Notes under the pieces: generated by a model
Told to the model about the DNA's origin: nothing
Databases searched by the model: none
What the model saw: the letters and a program-made list of their open reading frames with translations, nothing else
Program-made: the position numbers and the translations under genes
In this document: piece after piece, positions 35,344 through 47,368 of the stretch
Layout: each line of letters starts with the position of its first letter
Numbering within the stretch: position 1 is the stretch's first letter
Origin: Neophaeotheca triangularis
Lineage: Eukaryota
Length of the DNA: 64,000 bases
NCBI GenBank assembly: GCA_054600435.1
Contig: BAAIJX010000027.1
Location: forward strand, 62,001-126,000
Direction: 5' to 3'

Positions 35344-38300
35344 CTACCACTGCGTGTAGTCTTGCTCGCGCTGCCCGTAAGAGCCCGCGGGCGTCTGCTG
35401 CTGCTCGGTTCCGTTCATTACCGTATCATCTTCCACCTCAACCAGCGCCGGCATGTCCCCGTCCTCCTGCTGCGCGTTCCCACCCATGGTCGCATCTCCA
35501 CCACCACCTTCCGTCTTCTCCGGCGCACGGCACACGGGCTCCACAAGCTGCTCTTTGAGCTCATCTTTGACGTACACAGCGTACGTCGGGGTCCCCTGGT
35601 TCCAGGTCTTGGCCTCGTAGATGTCCTCGAGCGTCTTGAACTCGTCGACGTGCTCGTCGTTGTATTTGCGCCAAGTGTTGGTCTTGAAATCGCGGATGTA
35701 GAGCCAGTAGTGGCCGTGGCCTGTGCCACCGCGGTGGAAGAAGACGGCGTGGAGGCGGTACTTCAGATTTTGCAAGTCGGCAAAAGCGGTCGAGAGTTTA
35801 TTGATGAGGTCGACGGCTTCGGATTGTAGGGCCGTGAGGCGGGTGGATTGCTCGGCCGAGTCTTTGGAGAGGATCGAGGGGAGGTCAGAGTCGGCAGTTA
35901 TGGGCGAGATGCCTGCTGCCGAGAGCTCTTCATCGATGGCGGGGAGACCCTCGAGGTATTTGGCGCTCTCTTCTGTGGCAACGGGACCGTCGATGCTGGT
36001 GGTCTGTTGGGCTTGGGTGAGGGTCTTTTTCTCCTTTTCCAGAGCGTGTAGACGCTTGCGCCAGCCCCAGCAGCGCTCACGACGTGCTAACGTGTCGTCA
36101 GAGCTGCTGTCGTGGTATCTGTCGAGGTACAAGGTGTCTTCAAGTTTCATGCATTTGTCCGACTTGAAAGCCTCGTTCGTCGCCTTGCTGAACCCGATGC
36201 GAGGGATATTAACTTGAAGAATGGGCGGGACAGACTGCATGCTCTTGTACTGCTCGATGGTTTCGCCCTCACGCACTGTCTGCAAATCGAAGACGGCGTC
36301 AAGCGCAGAGTAGATGTCGGTGGCCTCGTAGGGCACGTTCAGCTGGATGCTGGAGTCTGGAATTTCCGTCGGCTTGGAATTGATACCTTCATTGACGATT
36401 GTTTCCGCAATGGTGAAGGAGAAAAGGCTTCTAAGAGGGTCCTGTTGTTCGCCATTCTCGTCTGCTCCTAAAGGTGTCATGCCAGCACGGAGACGAAACA
36501 TGACGCTATCGTGGACCTCCGTCACGTCCTGCTGCATCTTTGCATTCTCCTCGGCCTTGTTGAGAGCGGTTTGGGTTGTAGTAGAGAATTTTCTGAGCTT
36601 CAACCTAGGCGGCAGCGGTGGAGCTTGATCTGACTCGGCCTGCGCCTTTGCGCCTGGTGAAGCAGGAGGCGTTGGTGGCATCTCGGTGGATTGCATTGGA
36701 ACATCTTGTTGATTGTCTTCATTCAGTGTAGCTTCGCTTGTGGTCGAAGGCTTCCTGTCGGGTTCAGCCATTTCGGTAGGCGAATCCATCTGCATCAGGT
36801 CCTCGTCCTTACTGGAGGTCATCTCCTCGTTCTTCCCATCCTCTATCTTCTGTTCATTCTCGACGGGTCTGGCGACATCAACAGTCGCGTCGGACTCGTT
36901 AGTCGGGTTTGCGACCGCTCTGGTGCCGTGGTAGAGGTGCGAGTCTTTGGGGTCGAGGAAAGCACGGCACACTAGATCTTGCTCCGGCTTGACTGCAGAT
37001 TCTGGGGACTTGTTCATCAGAACAAAGAGTTCTTTGAGATCTTCAGCAAACAGCTGCCCTCCCTTAATCTCCGCCAGTTCAATCATCCGCTGGCCGACAC
37101 GCTCTTCCTTCTCTTGTGTTGTTGTCACGTCGAGCTTGTACTTGTCATACTCCAGAACAATGTCGCGCAATGGCTTGATGCTGTAGTAGTATTGTAGGAT
37201 GCTGTTCAAATAGCAGGTGTTGCCGTGGCTAATGAGTCCAACGGGCCAGTTCTCTGAGGTGAGATTGTTGGAGGTACTGTAGTTGCGTAACGCTTCTTGT
37301 AACGCCTGGATGGCCTTTTCTGTTTGCTCGCCAGGACGGTCACTGCGCGCAACTTCAAACATCATAGGAAGCATGGTTTGATCGAGTTGATGAATCGGCA
37401 TGTCGACATTCAGGTGCCGCAAGGCCTCTTCGGGACTCATGACGGTGGAGTTGCTGTTGCCCGACCGTAACCAGTGTCCGAGATGATGACTGCTGCGCTG
37501 ATTGGCGATGACCCTAATTGCCTGGCGTCCCAACTCTTCGCTTCCGGGATTGTCTGCTATCTTGATCGTATCGTCAGAGCCATCATCCGAAGATACAGGG
37601 GAAGTGTTCAAGGGGCCGAGCAAAATGCTGTCGATGCAGCTCTCGAACTCATCATCATCGATGCAGTTCCCGAACTCATCATAAACGGCGGTCGTATGGT
37701 TATACATACCTTGATAGCGTATGCCGTCAATAAATACTCGTCTGGTGAGTCTTTGGTAGCGCCGTTGCCGAGCCAATTGATCGCTTCGTCGTAGGTTTCG
37801 ACAGAGTCCTTGGCGGCGTTGGTGAGGACTGAGCTGTTGCGACTGGTACCAATGGTATGTACGGCTTTGCGGAGGTTTTCGATTACGGCAGGTGAGGAAT
37901 CGGTGGTGCGGGCTTGGTAGAGGCCAACGATACGGTCGTCTGAGTAAGTATGCGCACTTACTGGCGGCACGGCCAAGGTTTTGTAGGCTTCGTTGAGATC
38001 GCGTCTGCTTATAAGCCCTTGTGATTCAAGTGTTGCGCACTTGATGTGTAGCTGCTCGCTTCCACGCGCGCTCGTGATTTCCTGTAAACACTCCAGGTAG
38101 TATGCTTGTTGTGCAGGATCGCAGTTGGTTTGGCGTTCGTGCGCAAAGTCGACCAGAGTGTCTGAGAAATCAGAGAGCGCGCCGAGACTTGCGTAGTATC
38201 TGAGATGCAGTTAGGGGTAAGGTTCAGGTGAGGTTAAGGTGAAGGTGAGGTTTGTAGCAGGCTTGACGTACGGCTTCTCTCGGTCGCTGGCGTTTCTGCT

Positions 38301-39426
38301 TCGTGTGTTGGAGGCTCGTTGGTCTGCAAGCGTGAGACAAAGAAAGTTAGCAAACTCTGAAAACACAGACGTGGGCTGACCAAAAGGGGAAGGCACGCCT
38401 GAGTCTTGGCCTACGTACATCCTTGGGCCGCCAACGTCCGCTCAATCTCCTGCAGCGCTGACGGCCAACCTTCTGCAGCAGCTGGGTTGATGGCGCCGGC
38501 TGCCTTTGTAAAATCATTCAATAGCGCCGCAAGTTCAACCTCGACATCCTCCAACAGCTCACGTTGACTGCTCGCATCCGCGCTTTTACGGTCTTGAATT
38601 AGGGGTGGCTGTGGTAACGACCAATGCAAGTCATCGGGCTGGAGGAGCGCGGTTAGCTTACAGGACCATTCAGTGTGACAACATAAAACACTATTCTTAC
38701 TGCATACGTGAAGCCCAGGCCTTCGAGCAGCGTCCTACAATCCTCCCCATACGCACCAAAGGCCTCCATGAATCGTTTGTTGTTCCCCGGGAAGCTCCTC
38801 CGCATATGCTCTGGGTTAAGAGCGTCTTTAATGTACTTTCTGAGTCTCTGCAAAGCTTCCCAGTCTTTTGCCTCCCGCATCCCCTCCCTCTCCGGCTCCC
38901 CCTCAATCAGTTGTTCATACCGTTTCCGCAACAAGCTTTTGTTCGTCAAATGATTGACCTCGGCATCTTGCAAACGCTTTTGACGATAGCTGACAGTAAG
39001 GATGGCGTTGCATGCTTGGTTCGAGCATTGCCAACCGAAACGAAGGAGGGCCACGGACTGGACGTCCAGAGAGTCGAGCCTTTGGAAGTGATGAAGAGGA
39101 TGGCTTGCGTTCGGGCAAGGGTCGGTAGCTTGACTGTAATCGATCCTAATGTCGGCGTGGAGTCTGCACTTCTTGCACACCACAGCCAACCTATAGAAGG
39201 TCGTCCCATCTGGTCTCAGATCCAACGGCGGAGTGATACTCTGGTTGGGCTTGTAGGTGTAATCATGCTTGCACGAGTCAGCTGGAGGCGCCGGTATGAT
39301 GCCTTGATATTCAGGAGCAGGGTCGGCTAAGACGTTGTACTTTGTCGATTTCAGAGGGTCGAGCGATATGAAGTCGTGATACAACCTAGGCGATGTCTTC
39401 CCCGGGCCTGATGCTTGAGGGTACAT
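35344..39426 (-). CDS. UBP2: Ubiquitin carboxyl-terminal hydrolase 2 (USP family), 5 exons
   Basis: N-terminal GKTSPRL and Cys/His-rich region, YYASLGA repeat, Cys box GNTCYLNS, QQDVTE and His box FHRGGTGHGHYW...KYND. Introns at 38639-38700, about 38324-38418, about 38200-38271 and 37561-37709. Confidence 0.93.
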
Positions 39427-39856
39427 GTCATTCGTTGATCGAAGGGGTACGTGTTGAAAGGTTGTAGTGTTGGATCCGACAGGGAGGAAGGTATGCCCTG
39501 TGAAATGTCTTTTGTTCAAATCGGATCGAGAGAGGAACCAGAACGGCAGCGTATCGTCCCAAGGCTTCCAAGTAAACGAAACATGCCCCGAACACCAAAA
39601 GCTGGAAGTCCGTCAGAAGCCCCCAGGATCCACTACCACATGTGCTGCAAGAGTTAGCGCCACACGTCAAGCCACTGCCGGCTGCCTTACCGGGAAAAGG
39701 CAACTCAGCCGAGTAGGCAAGTGCGCCTGAGGCTCCGCTCGCGTTCAAGCGACTGTACAGGGCCATTGGCTATCTGGTCTAGGTACCTTCTCATCACCAA
39801 GGCTCCTCCTATTTCTCCACCCGCTCTCGACTCTCCACTCCTATACTGTCGCCGAC

Positions 39857-40644
39857 ATGGCCGACCAACACCAACCAGAGGAGCATTACATGCCCAAGGA
39901 CGCCATTGCCGGCACCCTCAAAGCCACCCTCGCGACCGGCACGGCAGGCGTCCTCATCTCCAGCGTTCAAAACACCCTTACCAAGCAGAATGTCGGCGCA
40001 TTTGGTGTCGTTACGAGGACCGGCGGAACTATTGGCGTATTTGGTGGGTGATAGCGTCAACGCAGAGAGGAGGATTTGCACCAAGAGCCAGAGGGGCTAA
40101 CTACCGCGAAACAGCTGCCATGGGCGGAGCATATGAATTCACAAAACTCGCATCGGCGAACCTCAGGGAAAAGGACGATGCGTGGAACCCGACCTTTGGT
40201 GGACTTGCCGCTGGTGCCATGCTGGGATTGAGATGTAGGAGCAGACCCCCAATTGCAAAGGCAAATTTAAGGCGCCTTGTTCTAACAAATACACACGACA
40301 GTCCGCACCGCACCCGCCGTAGTTGGCTACAGTTTCGGTTTGGCCGTCGCGTTGGGCGCATTCTCATACACCGGAGGCAAGCTTTCGGGCTACCAGCGTG
40401 ACCCGACTGTGGATGAAGTAAGCAGAAAGGAGTACTTGAGGAAGAACAGGCGGAGACCAATTGACGAGATTGTCACGGAGCTCGGTGAGGGAAGAGGTAT
40501 GATAGAAATGCTATGCTGGACATCAAGAACAAAGTTTTGGAGCTGGACTAACACGCCGCAGGAATATATGCGCCAGGCTATGCGGAAAGGAGGGCAGAGC
40601 GTCTCAAGGAGAACTACGGCATCGACGTTCCTACTACGCAATAG
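39857..40644 (+). CDS. Complex I accessory subunit NDUFA11/B14.7 (21.3 kDa, Tim17-like), 4 exons
   Basis: Three GT-AG introns join YMPKDAIAGTLK...TRTGGTIGVF|AAMGGAYEFTKLASANLREKDDAWN...|...RRRPIDEIVTELGEGR|GIYAPGYAERRAERLKENYGIDV. Confidence 0.9.
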
Positions 40645-41251
40645 ACTGTACAGTACAATGGAAGCAATTCAAATGGGAACGAGCATTTCACGATACCCCC
40701 CTCGACAGGGCAGCAATGGTGCGGCGCGGTACGGTACGGTAAGTCGGGAACGCAGTTGGTCAAGTCACGTGGCATTGCAGCTCGTTGCGACACCTTCACG
40801 CCTACATGTCCACTCGTGAGCCTCCAACCAGTTTTCGATTAAAGTACAAGCGGAAAGGAGGAGAGGTACGATGGGAGATCTGGGATAAGCAGCATTGTCT
40901 GCACGTGATTCGCTGACTTCATGCCATGCTAACCCCGCAGCAGCAGCATGAACTTCAAGCGCGGGAAGCAAGGCATCTTCAAACATCAATCCATCGTGTA
41001 CGACAGCGAGGACAGGTACGTTCATGCAGATTGTGGCATAAAGCGGAGCCAGCACCGTCCATACTGATGCGCAAGATAGTCTTCAAGATCTTTCTCACTT
41101 TGTAGCAAAAGCCAGTTCGATCTACCTACGGTAGCTTCGTACAGCTACGTACGGATGAGCAGCAAGAGCTTCACTGGTATACGCCTTGTTTGCACGACTA
41201 GCTTCACTTCAAAGAGCTTCCTTGACTCAAGAGCTATAGTTAGTCTCGACC

Positions 41252-42506
41252 ATGGCGGAAACAACGATACCTGGAAACGCAGCCCAACCCAGTGACAATG
41301 AGAAGTTTTTTCGATACTTCCAACAGGAAGTGACAGGTAAGCGAGGCTTTTCAGCAGCAGTAAAATGATAGGTACATCTAACGGCATGCAGACCTACAAG
41401 AACGTATGGCGGCACTAGAAGATACCGGCACCTCCGGCGGCGAGCGTTCCGACGCAGTCGACCATTGCGTAGCAGGTATAGCTCGGCTCTCAAACGAAGT
41501 GAACGATGCTTCATCCTACATCCCCGCCTACGACCAAAGAACCTATAGCGAAGCCATCAAAGCCCTCTCTTCCAAACTACAACAAGTTCGTACATCCTTC
41601 GCGCCCCGGCCCAAATTTGCTTTCAAAAAGGGGACAGTCTTCGCGGCCAAGAAGAACCCTTCAGCCATCAGCCTCAACGATGCAGCAGAGCTCGCAAACG
41701 AGAAACGAAAGCAAATGCCCGGGTACCCATACCCAACCAGCGGCACCTCCGCCTCCAACGACTCGAGTAGCTTCGCCACCACACCTGCCGAACCCCGCTC
41801 ACCCGCTATGGAAAAAGCCCTCCCGTCCGACGCCGACAGCGGCTTCTCCTCATCGGACCCCAGCAGCTCCCTCCCCTCCGCCAAAACGATCACCATCCAA
41901 TCCCATACCCTCAAGCATATTCTCCTTCCCCTCCACCAAAACACTCCCTCAACCTCGGGCCTCATCACAAACCTCACCAACTGCGTCATCGACACCACCC
42001 CGCAGACCACCACGAACCCCGCCCCCGAATTCGCCTCTCTAACCCTCAAAAACATTACCAACTCTCTCGTCCTCTGCGCTCCCACACGCGGCGCCATCCA
42101 CTTGACCAACATCCACAATTCCGTCCTCGTCATAACCGCGGGCCAATTCCGCCTTCACGATTCGAAACATTGTACCATCTACCTCCGGACGAGCGGGTCT
42201 AAACCCGTCATCGAGAATTCCACAGGTATTGCCTTCGCGCCGCTGCCTACAAGGTATGCCGGCGAGACCCAAGCCGAGCCGGGAATTCAGGTGGGAGGGG
42301 AACAGGCTCCAGGAGACCAGCCCACATGGACCCAGGTGCAGGATTTTAGCCACCCGGGTGCGGCGGGCGGGAGCCCGAATTGGCGGGTTTTGCCCGCTGG
42401 GGAGAGGGTGTCTGCGGCTGTGTGGGAGGGGGTCGTGCCCGGGGGGCCGGGCTTGGGAGTTGAGGAAGTGTTGGGGGCTGTTGGGCTTGAGGTTTGTGGG
42501 AAGTGA
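41252..42506 (+). CDS. Tubulin-binding cofactor C, 2 exons
   Basis: EKFFRYFQQEVT, intron GTAAGC...CTAAC...CAG, SSYIPAYDQRTY, PRPKFAFK, beta-helix GQFRLHDS...PVIENS and VQDF. Confidence 0.88.
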
Positions 42507-42636
42507 GACTGTTTTGTTTGGCGCTAGGATAGGGAGGGTCTCGTGCAGGTAGGGAGTGATTTGCGAGGGTTAGAGAATGGGCTCGAGGAGGGGGTCTTGA
42601 ATAATTGAGTGGGGATCGTAGGGTGGAGCCGCCTCT

Positions 42637-42656
42637 TGTGTGTGTGTGTGTGTGTG
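42637..42656. repeat. (TG)10 microsatellite
   Basis: Perfect dinucleotide run in intergenic DNA. Confidence 0.9.
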
Positions 42657-43020
42657 CTGGTTGTACCAGCCAGCAGACCACTTTTCGGTAACAGTCTGGT
42701 TGACTTCGTCGCATTGCATTCGGGGTATCTAGCAGCGGAAAATGCAAGTCCCAGCCCATCGTTACTATCTGCCAGCTCTGAGAACGTCATAGGCTTCCAA
42801 GCTCCAAGTCGTATGTACGCATACCGCTTTGCCATAGAGAATATCTTCGGGGTATCACAAGTCAAGCCAAAAAAAAAAAATAAGAAATAAACCAGCGATC
42901 CTAGACGCCCACAGTGAAAGCTTCCAGCCCTTTGCTGCTTCCATCACTTACCAAAGCCGGGAATGAAGACAAAAATCCCAAACCCCTTCCACCATTCCTG
43001 AGTCCTAAACACCACACTCC

Positions 43021-44718
43021 TCACCACACACCCCAGCCCTCGCCCAACCCACAACCCCTCAAAAACTCCCGAGTCTCCTCCCCGCTCATCCCCTTCAAAG
43101 CACCTCCCTCCAACTGCAGCAAAACCGGCAAATCCAAACTCCCCGCCAACGCTTGCAAAAACCTTAGAATCGCATCCTCAAAGTCTTTCAAAGGACAGGA
43201 GTCCGCGGCCGCTCGGAGGCGATTGAGCAGTTCTGCGCTGCTGGGCTCGAGGCGCAAGGGATTGGTAGAAAGGGGCTCGAGGAGTAGGCGCAGGGTTGCG
43301 GTTTTGATCGATTGCCAGGTGGGGACTTCGGACGGGGGAATAGGAGAGCTTGAATCGGCATCGAAATCTGCGGTGAACATCTCGTTGATGAGAGCGTCTT
43401 CGTCGGTCGCGCCGGGAGGGAGTGGGGAGCGGTGGCCCCAGAAGAAGGCTTCGCGGTACAAAGCTGCGCCGCGGATCTCGAGTTCGTGTTCGTTTTCGTT
43501 GGGTCCTCGGATTAGTTCGGCTTCGAGACACGCCCAGAGCATGAAGCTGCTTGCGAGTTGCATCCATTGAGGTGTGGGGTTAGAGTTGCCGATGCGGTTT
43601 CGCAGGGCCGAGACTTGCATGAAGAGCGGAAGAAGGTCAAGCAGGGCTGGGCTGAAGGGGGTACCGAAGAAGGGGGGGTCGGCGAGGGTTTCGGCTGGGG
43701 CTGAGAGCGCTGCGAGGGTGGCGGCGCGGTTGGTTTCGAGATCGGCTGGGTCGAGGCTGGGGTGGGAGGAGGCGAGGCAGTGGAAATGGGGGCTGTTTGG
43801 GAAGGGCGCGATGAGTGTGGTGCTTTGTAGATGGTTGGGGTGAGGGCTGGAAACATGGGACAGTATTGGTGCATCGAGCATTGGCTCGTCTTCGCTTTCT
43901 CCCTCGTCTTTAGGCATCTGGCTTAACGTCTCCCTCACTGCGGTCTGCCCGCCGTACTTGTGCAACAGCTCTCTGCGTCGAGCGCGACAAGCGGACGCGG
44001 TGTGGTGCAAGCGTCCATCAAAGCGGTCGAGGATTTGGTTGATGCTCAGTTTGAGGCGTGTGCCGTCGAGGAGTATGTTGTCTTCTTCCCATGTGAACGT
44101 TGCAGACTTCACGCTTCGTGTGGAATCGGGTAGTGCTGTATTCAAACCCTTTGAGCAGAGGTTGAGCTTCTTTTTCGGAGTCTCTGGCACTGGAGTCGGT
44201 GACGGGCTGACGTGTTCGAGAAGCTCCTCTCCCATGCCTTGTGACCATCTTTCAGCCCGTTCTCGATTCGTTTGGCGCAAGACTGTGAGGCCTTCTAGCG
44301 AAGGCGTCGAAGGATTGCGTGTAAGTCGTTGCGTGTAGAGGACTACTAGCTTCAGCAGAAGAATTCGAAACCGCAATTCACTGTCAGGCTCGTAGCGTGG
44401 ATGGCGAGCTCGGAAAGTGGAATGAAACGCGTCGAAGGCGGAAAGAAGGCGACCCGGCGAGGAGCTATTTGCGGACTCGGACCTTGTAGCAAGAGCTGCT
44501 TGTGTTGTTTGGTAGGCCAAGTGATCCAGGATCAGTAGGTCGACCTCCAAGGCGGTCTCTACATCGGCTTGCTGGGTGGTGATTGCGGCGTGCTGGTCTG
44601 TGAGTTTGAGACGCTTGTGAGGAGGGTCGCCGGCGTGGGCGTGGTCGACGTCCTGTTGCAACTGAGCGACGGTATCCTCTCCTACCGCATTCTTTCTTGT
44701 GAGCATGGTGCCGTTCAT
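43021..44718 (-). CDS. Hypothetical protein (565 aa) with helical segments and an internal Myb/SANT-like motif
   Basis: Long ATG-initiated ORF with globular-looking segments (VDLLILDHLAY, LLDLLPLFMQVSA, WMQLASSFML) and a FTWEEDNILL...GR...CRARR motif. Confidence 0.75.
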   Translation of the reverse strand: MNGTMLTRKNAVGEDTVAQLQQDVDHAHAGDPPHKRLKLTDQHAAITTQQADVETALEVDLLILDHLAYQTTQAALATRSESANSSSPGRLLSAFDAFHSTFRARHPRYEPDSELRFRILLLKLVVLYTQRLTRNPSTPSLEGLTVLRQTNRERAERWSQGMGEELLEHVSPSPTPVPETPKKKLNLCSKGLNTALPDSTRSVKSATFTWEEDNILLDGTRLKLSINQILDRFDGRLHHTASACRARRRELLHKYGGQTAVRETLSQMPKDEGESEDEPMLDAPILSHVSSPHPNHLQSTTLIAPFPNSPHFHCLASSHPSLDPADLETNRAATLAALSAPAETLADPPFFGTPFSPALLDLLPLFMQVSALRNRIGNSNPTPQWMQLASSFMLWACLEAELIRGPNENEHELEIRGAALYREAFFWGHRSPLPPGATDEDALINEMFTADFDADSSSPIPPSEVPTWQSIKTATLRLLLEPLSTNPLRLEPSSAELLNRLRAAADSCPLKDFEDAILRFLQALAGSLDLPVLLQLEGGALKGMSGEETREFLRGCGLGEGWGVW

Positions 44719-45070
44719 GGCGCGGAGAGCTCTAGCCGGACAGATATCAACTGTCCAAGTCGTGTCCAGCCAGTTCTACTCGACTGGCGGGATCGCGAAG
44801 GCAACAATGGCATTGTGTATTCGTCGAATTACTCGACTGGCAACGTCGAGGACTTGTGTCGTATCGTACCTTCGCGAGCGTTACCGGCGCGTAGCAGACA
44901 AAAGTTATCCAAGGCGCGATTGATGTTCTTGTCCCATATGGTCCGTGCCCTCGGATTATCCCACCTCACCTCCAATACAGCCGCAGCCATTGGGCGCATA
45001 CTTGCTACTACCCTACCACCACATCTCCCCTCCACTCGACTCCCTGCCGCACACCACCACATCCGCCAAC

Positions 45071-45570
45071 ATGCCTCAAGACATGCCGCCCGCGGGTGGC
45101 TACGAGCCCGTTCAATACCGCCGCAACCTGCCCATCCGGGGTTTCAAACCGCGCTATTATCTCCTCGCCGTCGCCGGCATCATGACCTACGGCTTCTGGA
45201 AGGTCGGCAAGGGCATAAGGGAGCACAAGTAAAGACAGACCCGCATACAAAACAGAGAGCAATGATAATGGGCATGCTGACGTACTCGACTTCCCAGCGA
45301 ACTCGCCCGCGAAAAGATGTGGTCGCGCATCCACCTCATCCCCATGCTGCAGGCCGAAGAGGACAGGGACTTGGTCAGGAGACATTTGGCGGAGAAGGCT
45401 ATGGAGAAGGAGCTTTTGGGCGCGGAGAGCAAAGTTTACCACAGCGACAGGTATGTATTTGGGTTGAGGGGAGGAATGCGCAGCACTACAGTCATGGATG
45501 GCGCTGACAGTGGGTCTGCAGGTTCGTGCGGCCGACGTACGCAGTTACTCCTGGGAATGTCTCCAAGTGA
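45071..45570 (+). CDS. Complex I accessory subunit NDUFA13/GRIM-19 (B16.6), 3 exons
   Basis: MPQDMPPAGGYEPVQYRRNLP, a TM helix, ELAREKMWSRIHLIPMLQAEEDRD and YHSDR|FVRPTYAVTP; two GT-AG introns. Confidence 0.95.
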
Positions 45571-46210
45571 GACCAAGAGCGAGTGGCAGAAATGCGGAGG
45601 CTGTGTAAATATGGTTGGCGTTCAGACTCGGACGGGTCGGTATATTGAGGTTCATACATTGCGATTCCATGAAGATACGTTGCGCCTGGGAGGTGAGGCC
45701 GCAGAGAAGACAAGGTAGGGAATTTGCTACAACTGGATGATTTCGTGCCCTTCCTTCTCCCTGTCGGATCAGACTCCGGCGAAAGACTGAAATCAAGCAC
45801 TTAAGTGGATTCGACCCTCTGATTGTTTGATATTCGCGGAACCTCTCTTTGTTCTCAACTAGAGCTGAGTACTTGCACGACTTATCGCTACCACTTTCGT
45901 ATGGCCAACGCATGTCATCCTGCTTTTCCATCTAGCCTCAGAACAACACCGCTTCCACAGTCTCCCAAAAGTATAATGAGAATTCACATGCAGACTTTGG
46001 ATCCTCGGGCTCAACACCTACGCAAAGCTGCCCCTAGTAGCTCGACATAGGAGCAACCGCCTGCACTTTTATCAGTGAAACGCACCTAACGTGTTACTGT
46101 CTCACCAGCTTAAAAAACTTGCCTTGACCCCCCAAACTGCAAAAACCTTCTCTCGTGTCCCTCTTCTTAGCTATTCATACACGAGTAGCACCCACACACC
46201 ACACCACCGC

Positions 46211-47368
46211 ATGTTGCATCAACTCGCTCAAGCAATGACTCGGTTCAGGAACCCTGCCATCAAGCCCGAAGACAAGGCCACGGCTGAGACCAGAACACCC
46301 AAGACAGCTCGGACCGGTGCAGCGCCTTATGCGCAGCTGGCCCCTGCCTCTGCCAACCACAAGCACGATCAGGATCACAAGGAAGAGCAAACACCTCACA
46401 ATAATTCCAACGACCAAGCCATGCCCGCCGACAATCACGACTACCCAGGATACGCTCCCACCTTTGCCACTGTCCGCAGATGCTACCACCCCCGTACGCC
46501 CCGTGGCAACAGGGCCAACAGGGCCGACGCATACCCACCCCGGAACGGCTCTCTCTCTGGGGTCGCACTCGACATTCGATCACCCCGGTCTACCAAAGAG
46601 TCAGACCTCGAGCCGAACTTGGAGAAATATGGTCCTAGACCCGGACGCACCTTGAACCTTACTCCCTCCCTTGTCGGCAAGTGCTTGCAGGGGCAACGTA
46701 CACCTTCGTTTGTCGCCGCATATTTGGGGGATGATGAAAAAGGGTCAGCTCCATCTGGGGACGACAGCTTTGATGGAAGGTTCCAGCGAGCCCTTGACGA
46801 GGATAGCGAGTACGGGATTGGGAACCATGATGAGCAGCAGCAGGATCCAGTTCCCGAAGGGTTTGCCGCTGGTCTCGCTGCCCAATCCTACTCTCCTCAC
46901 GACGCTGATGCTCACGCCTCAAACGACAACGCCGACCTGGCATACGATGCGGCAGTCTCCCACGTCTCAGACTCCTTTCGGCAAGCCTCCATTTGCGATA
47001 TCGAAGATAAGAACGACTCCAACAACACCAAAGACAACACGAACACCAGAACATCCAATCCGATTGACTTCTCCCACCAACATCCCGCAGTCCAAAGCAC
47101 CAGCTCCCTCTTAGCCTACGAGTACCAACGCGCCCTCATCAACCAATACTTCCACGAAGCCCAATACAAAGCCCATCTGGCCGCTAGCCATGGTCTCGAA
47201 GCCGAAATGCGTGTCTTGATGTGGAAGCGATCTGCCGAATTGCACTCGGAGCAGAGGAAGAAGTGGGAGGAGCTTCAGGGAAGGAAGCGGGAGCGGAAGG
47301 AACGCGACGAGGGAAACGTGGGCGGTGGAGTGGTCAATGGCAATGGGAAGAGGGCGAGAAGTGGTTGA
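46211..47368 (+). CDS. Hypothetical, largely disordered protein with a C-terminal helical region
   Basis: 385-aa open frame from ATG 46211; no recognised motif. Confidence 0.55.
   Translation: MLHQLAQAMTRFRNPAIKPEDKATAETRTPKTARTGAAPYAQLAPASANHKHDQDHKEEQTPHNNSNDQAMPADNHDYPGYAPTFATVRRCYHPRTPRGNRANRADAYPPRNGSLSGVALDIRSPRSTKESDLEPNLEKYGPRPGRTLNLTPSLVGKCLQGQRTPSFVAAYLGDDEKGSAPSGDDSFDGRFQRALDEDSEYGIGNHDEQQQDPVPEGFAAGLAAQSYSPHDADAHASNDNADLAYDAAVSHVSDSFRQASICDIEDKNDSNNTKDNTNTRTSNPIDFSHQHPAVQSTSSLLAYEYQRALINQYFHEAQYKAHLAASHGLEAEMRVLMWKRSAELHSEQRKKWEELQGRKRERKERDEGNVGGGVVNGNGKRARSG

Noticed and set aside
37940..37961. GTAAGT...CAG mini-intron within a UBP2 exon
   Set aside because: Only 22 nt, removal would break the frame, and the exon reads through normally.
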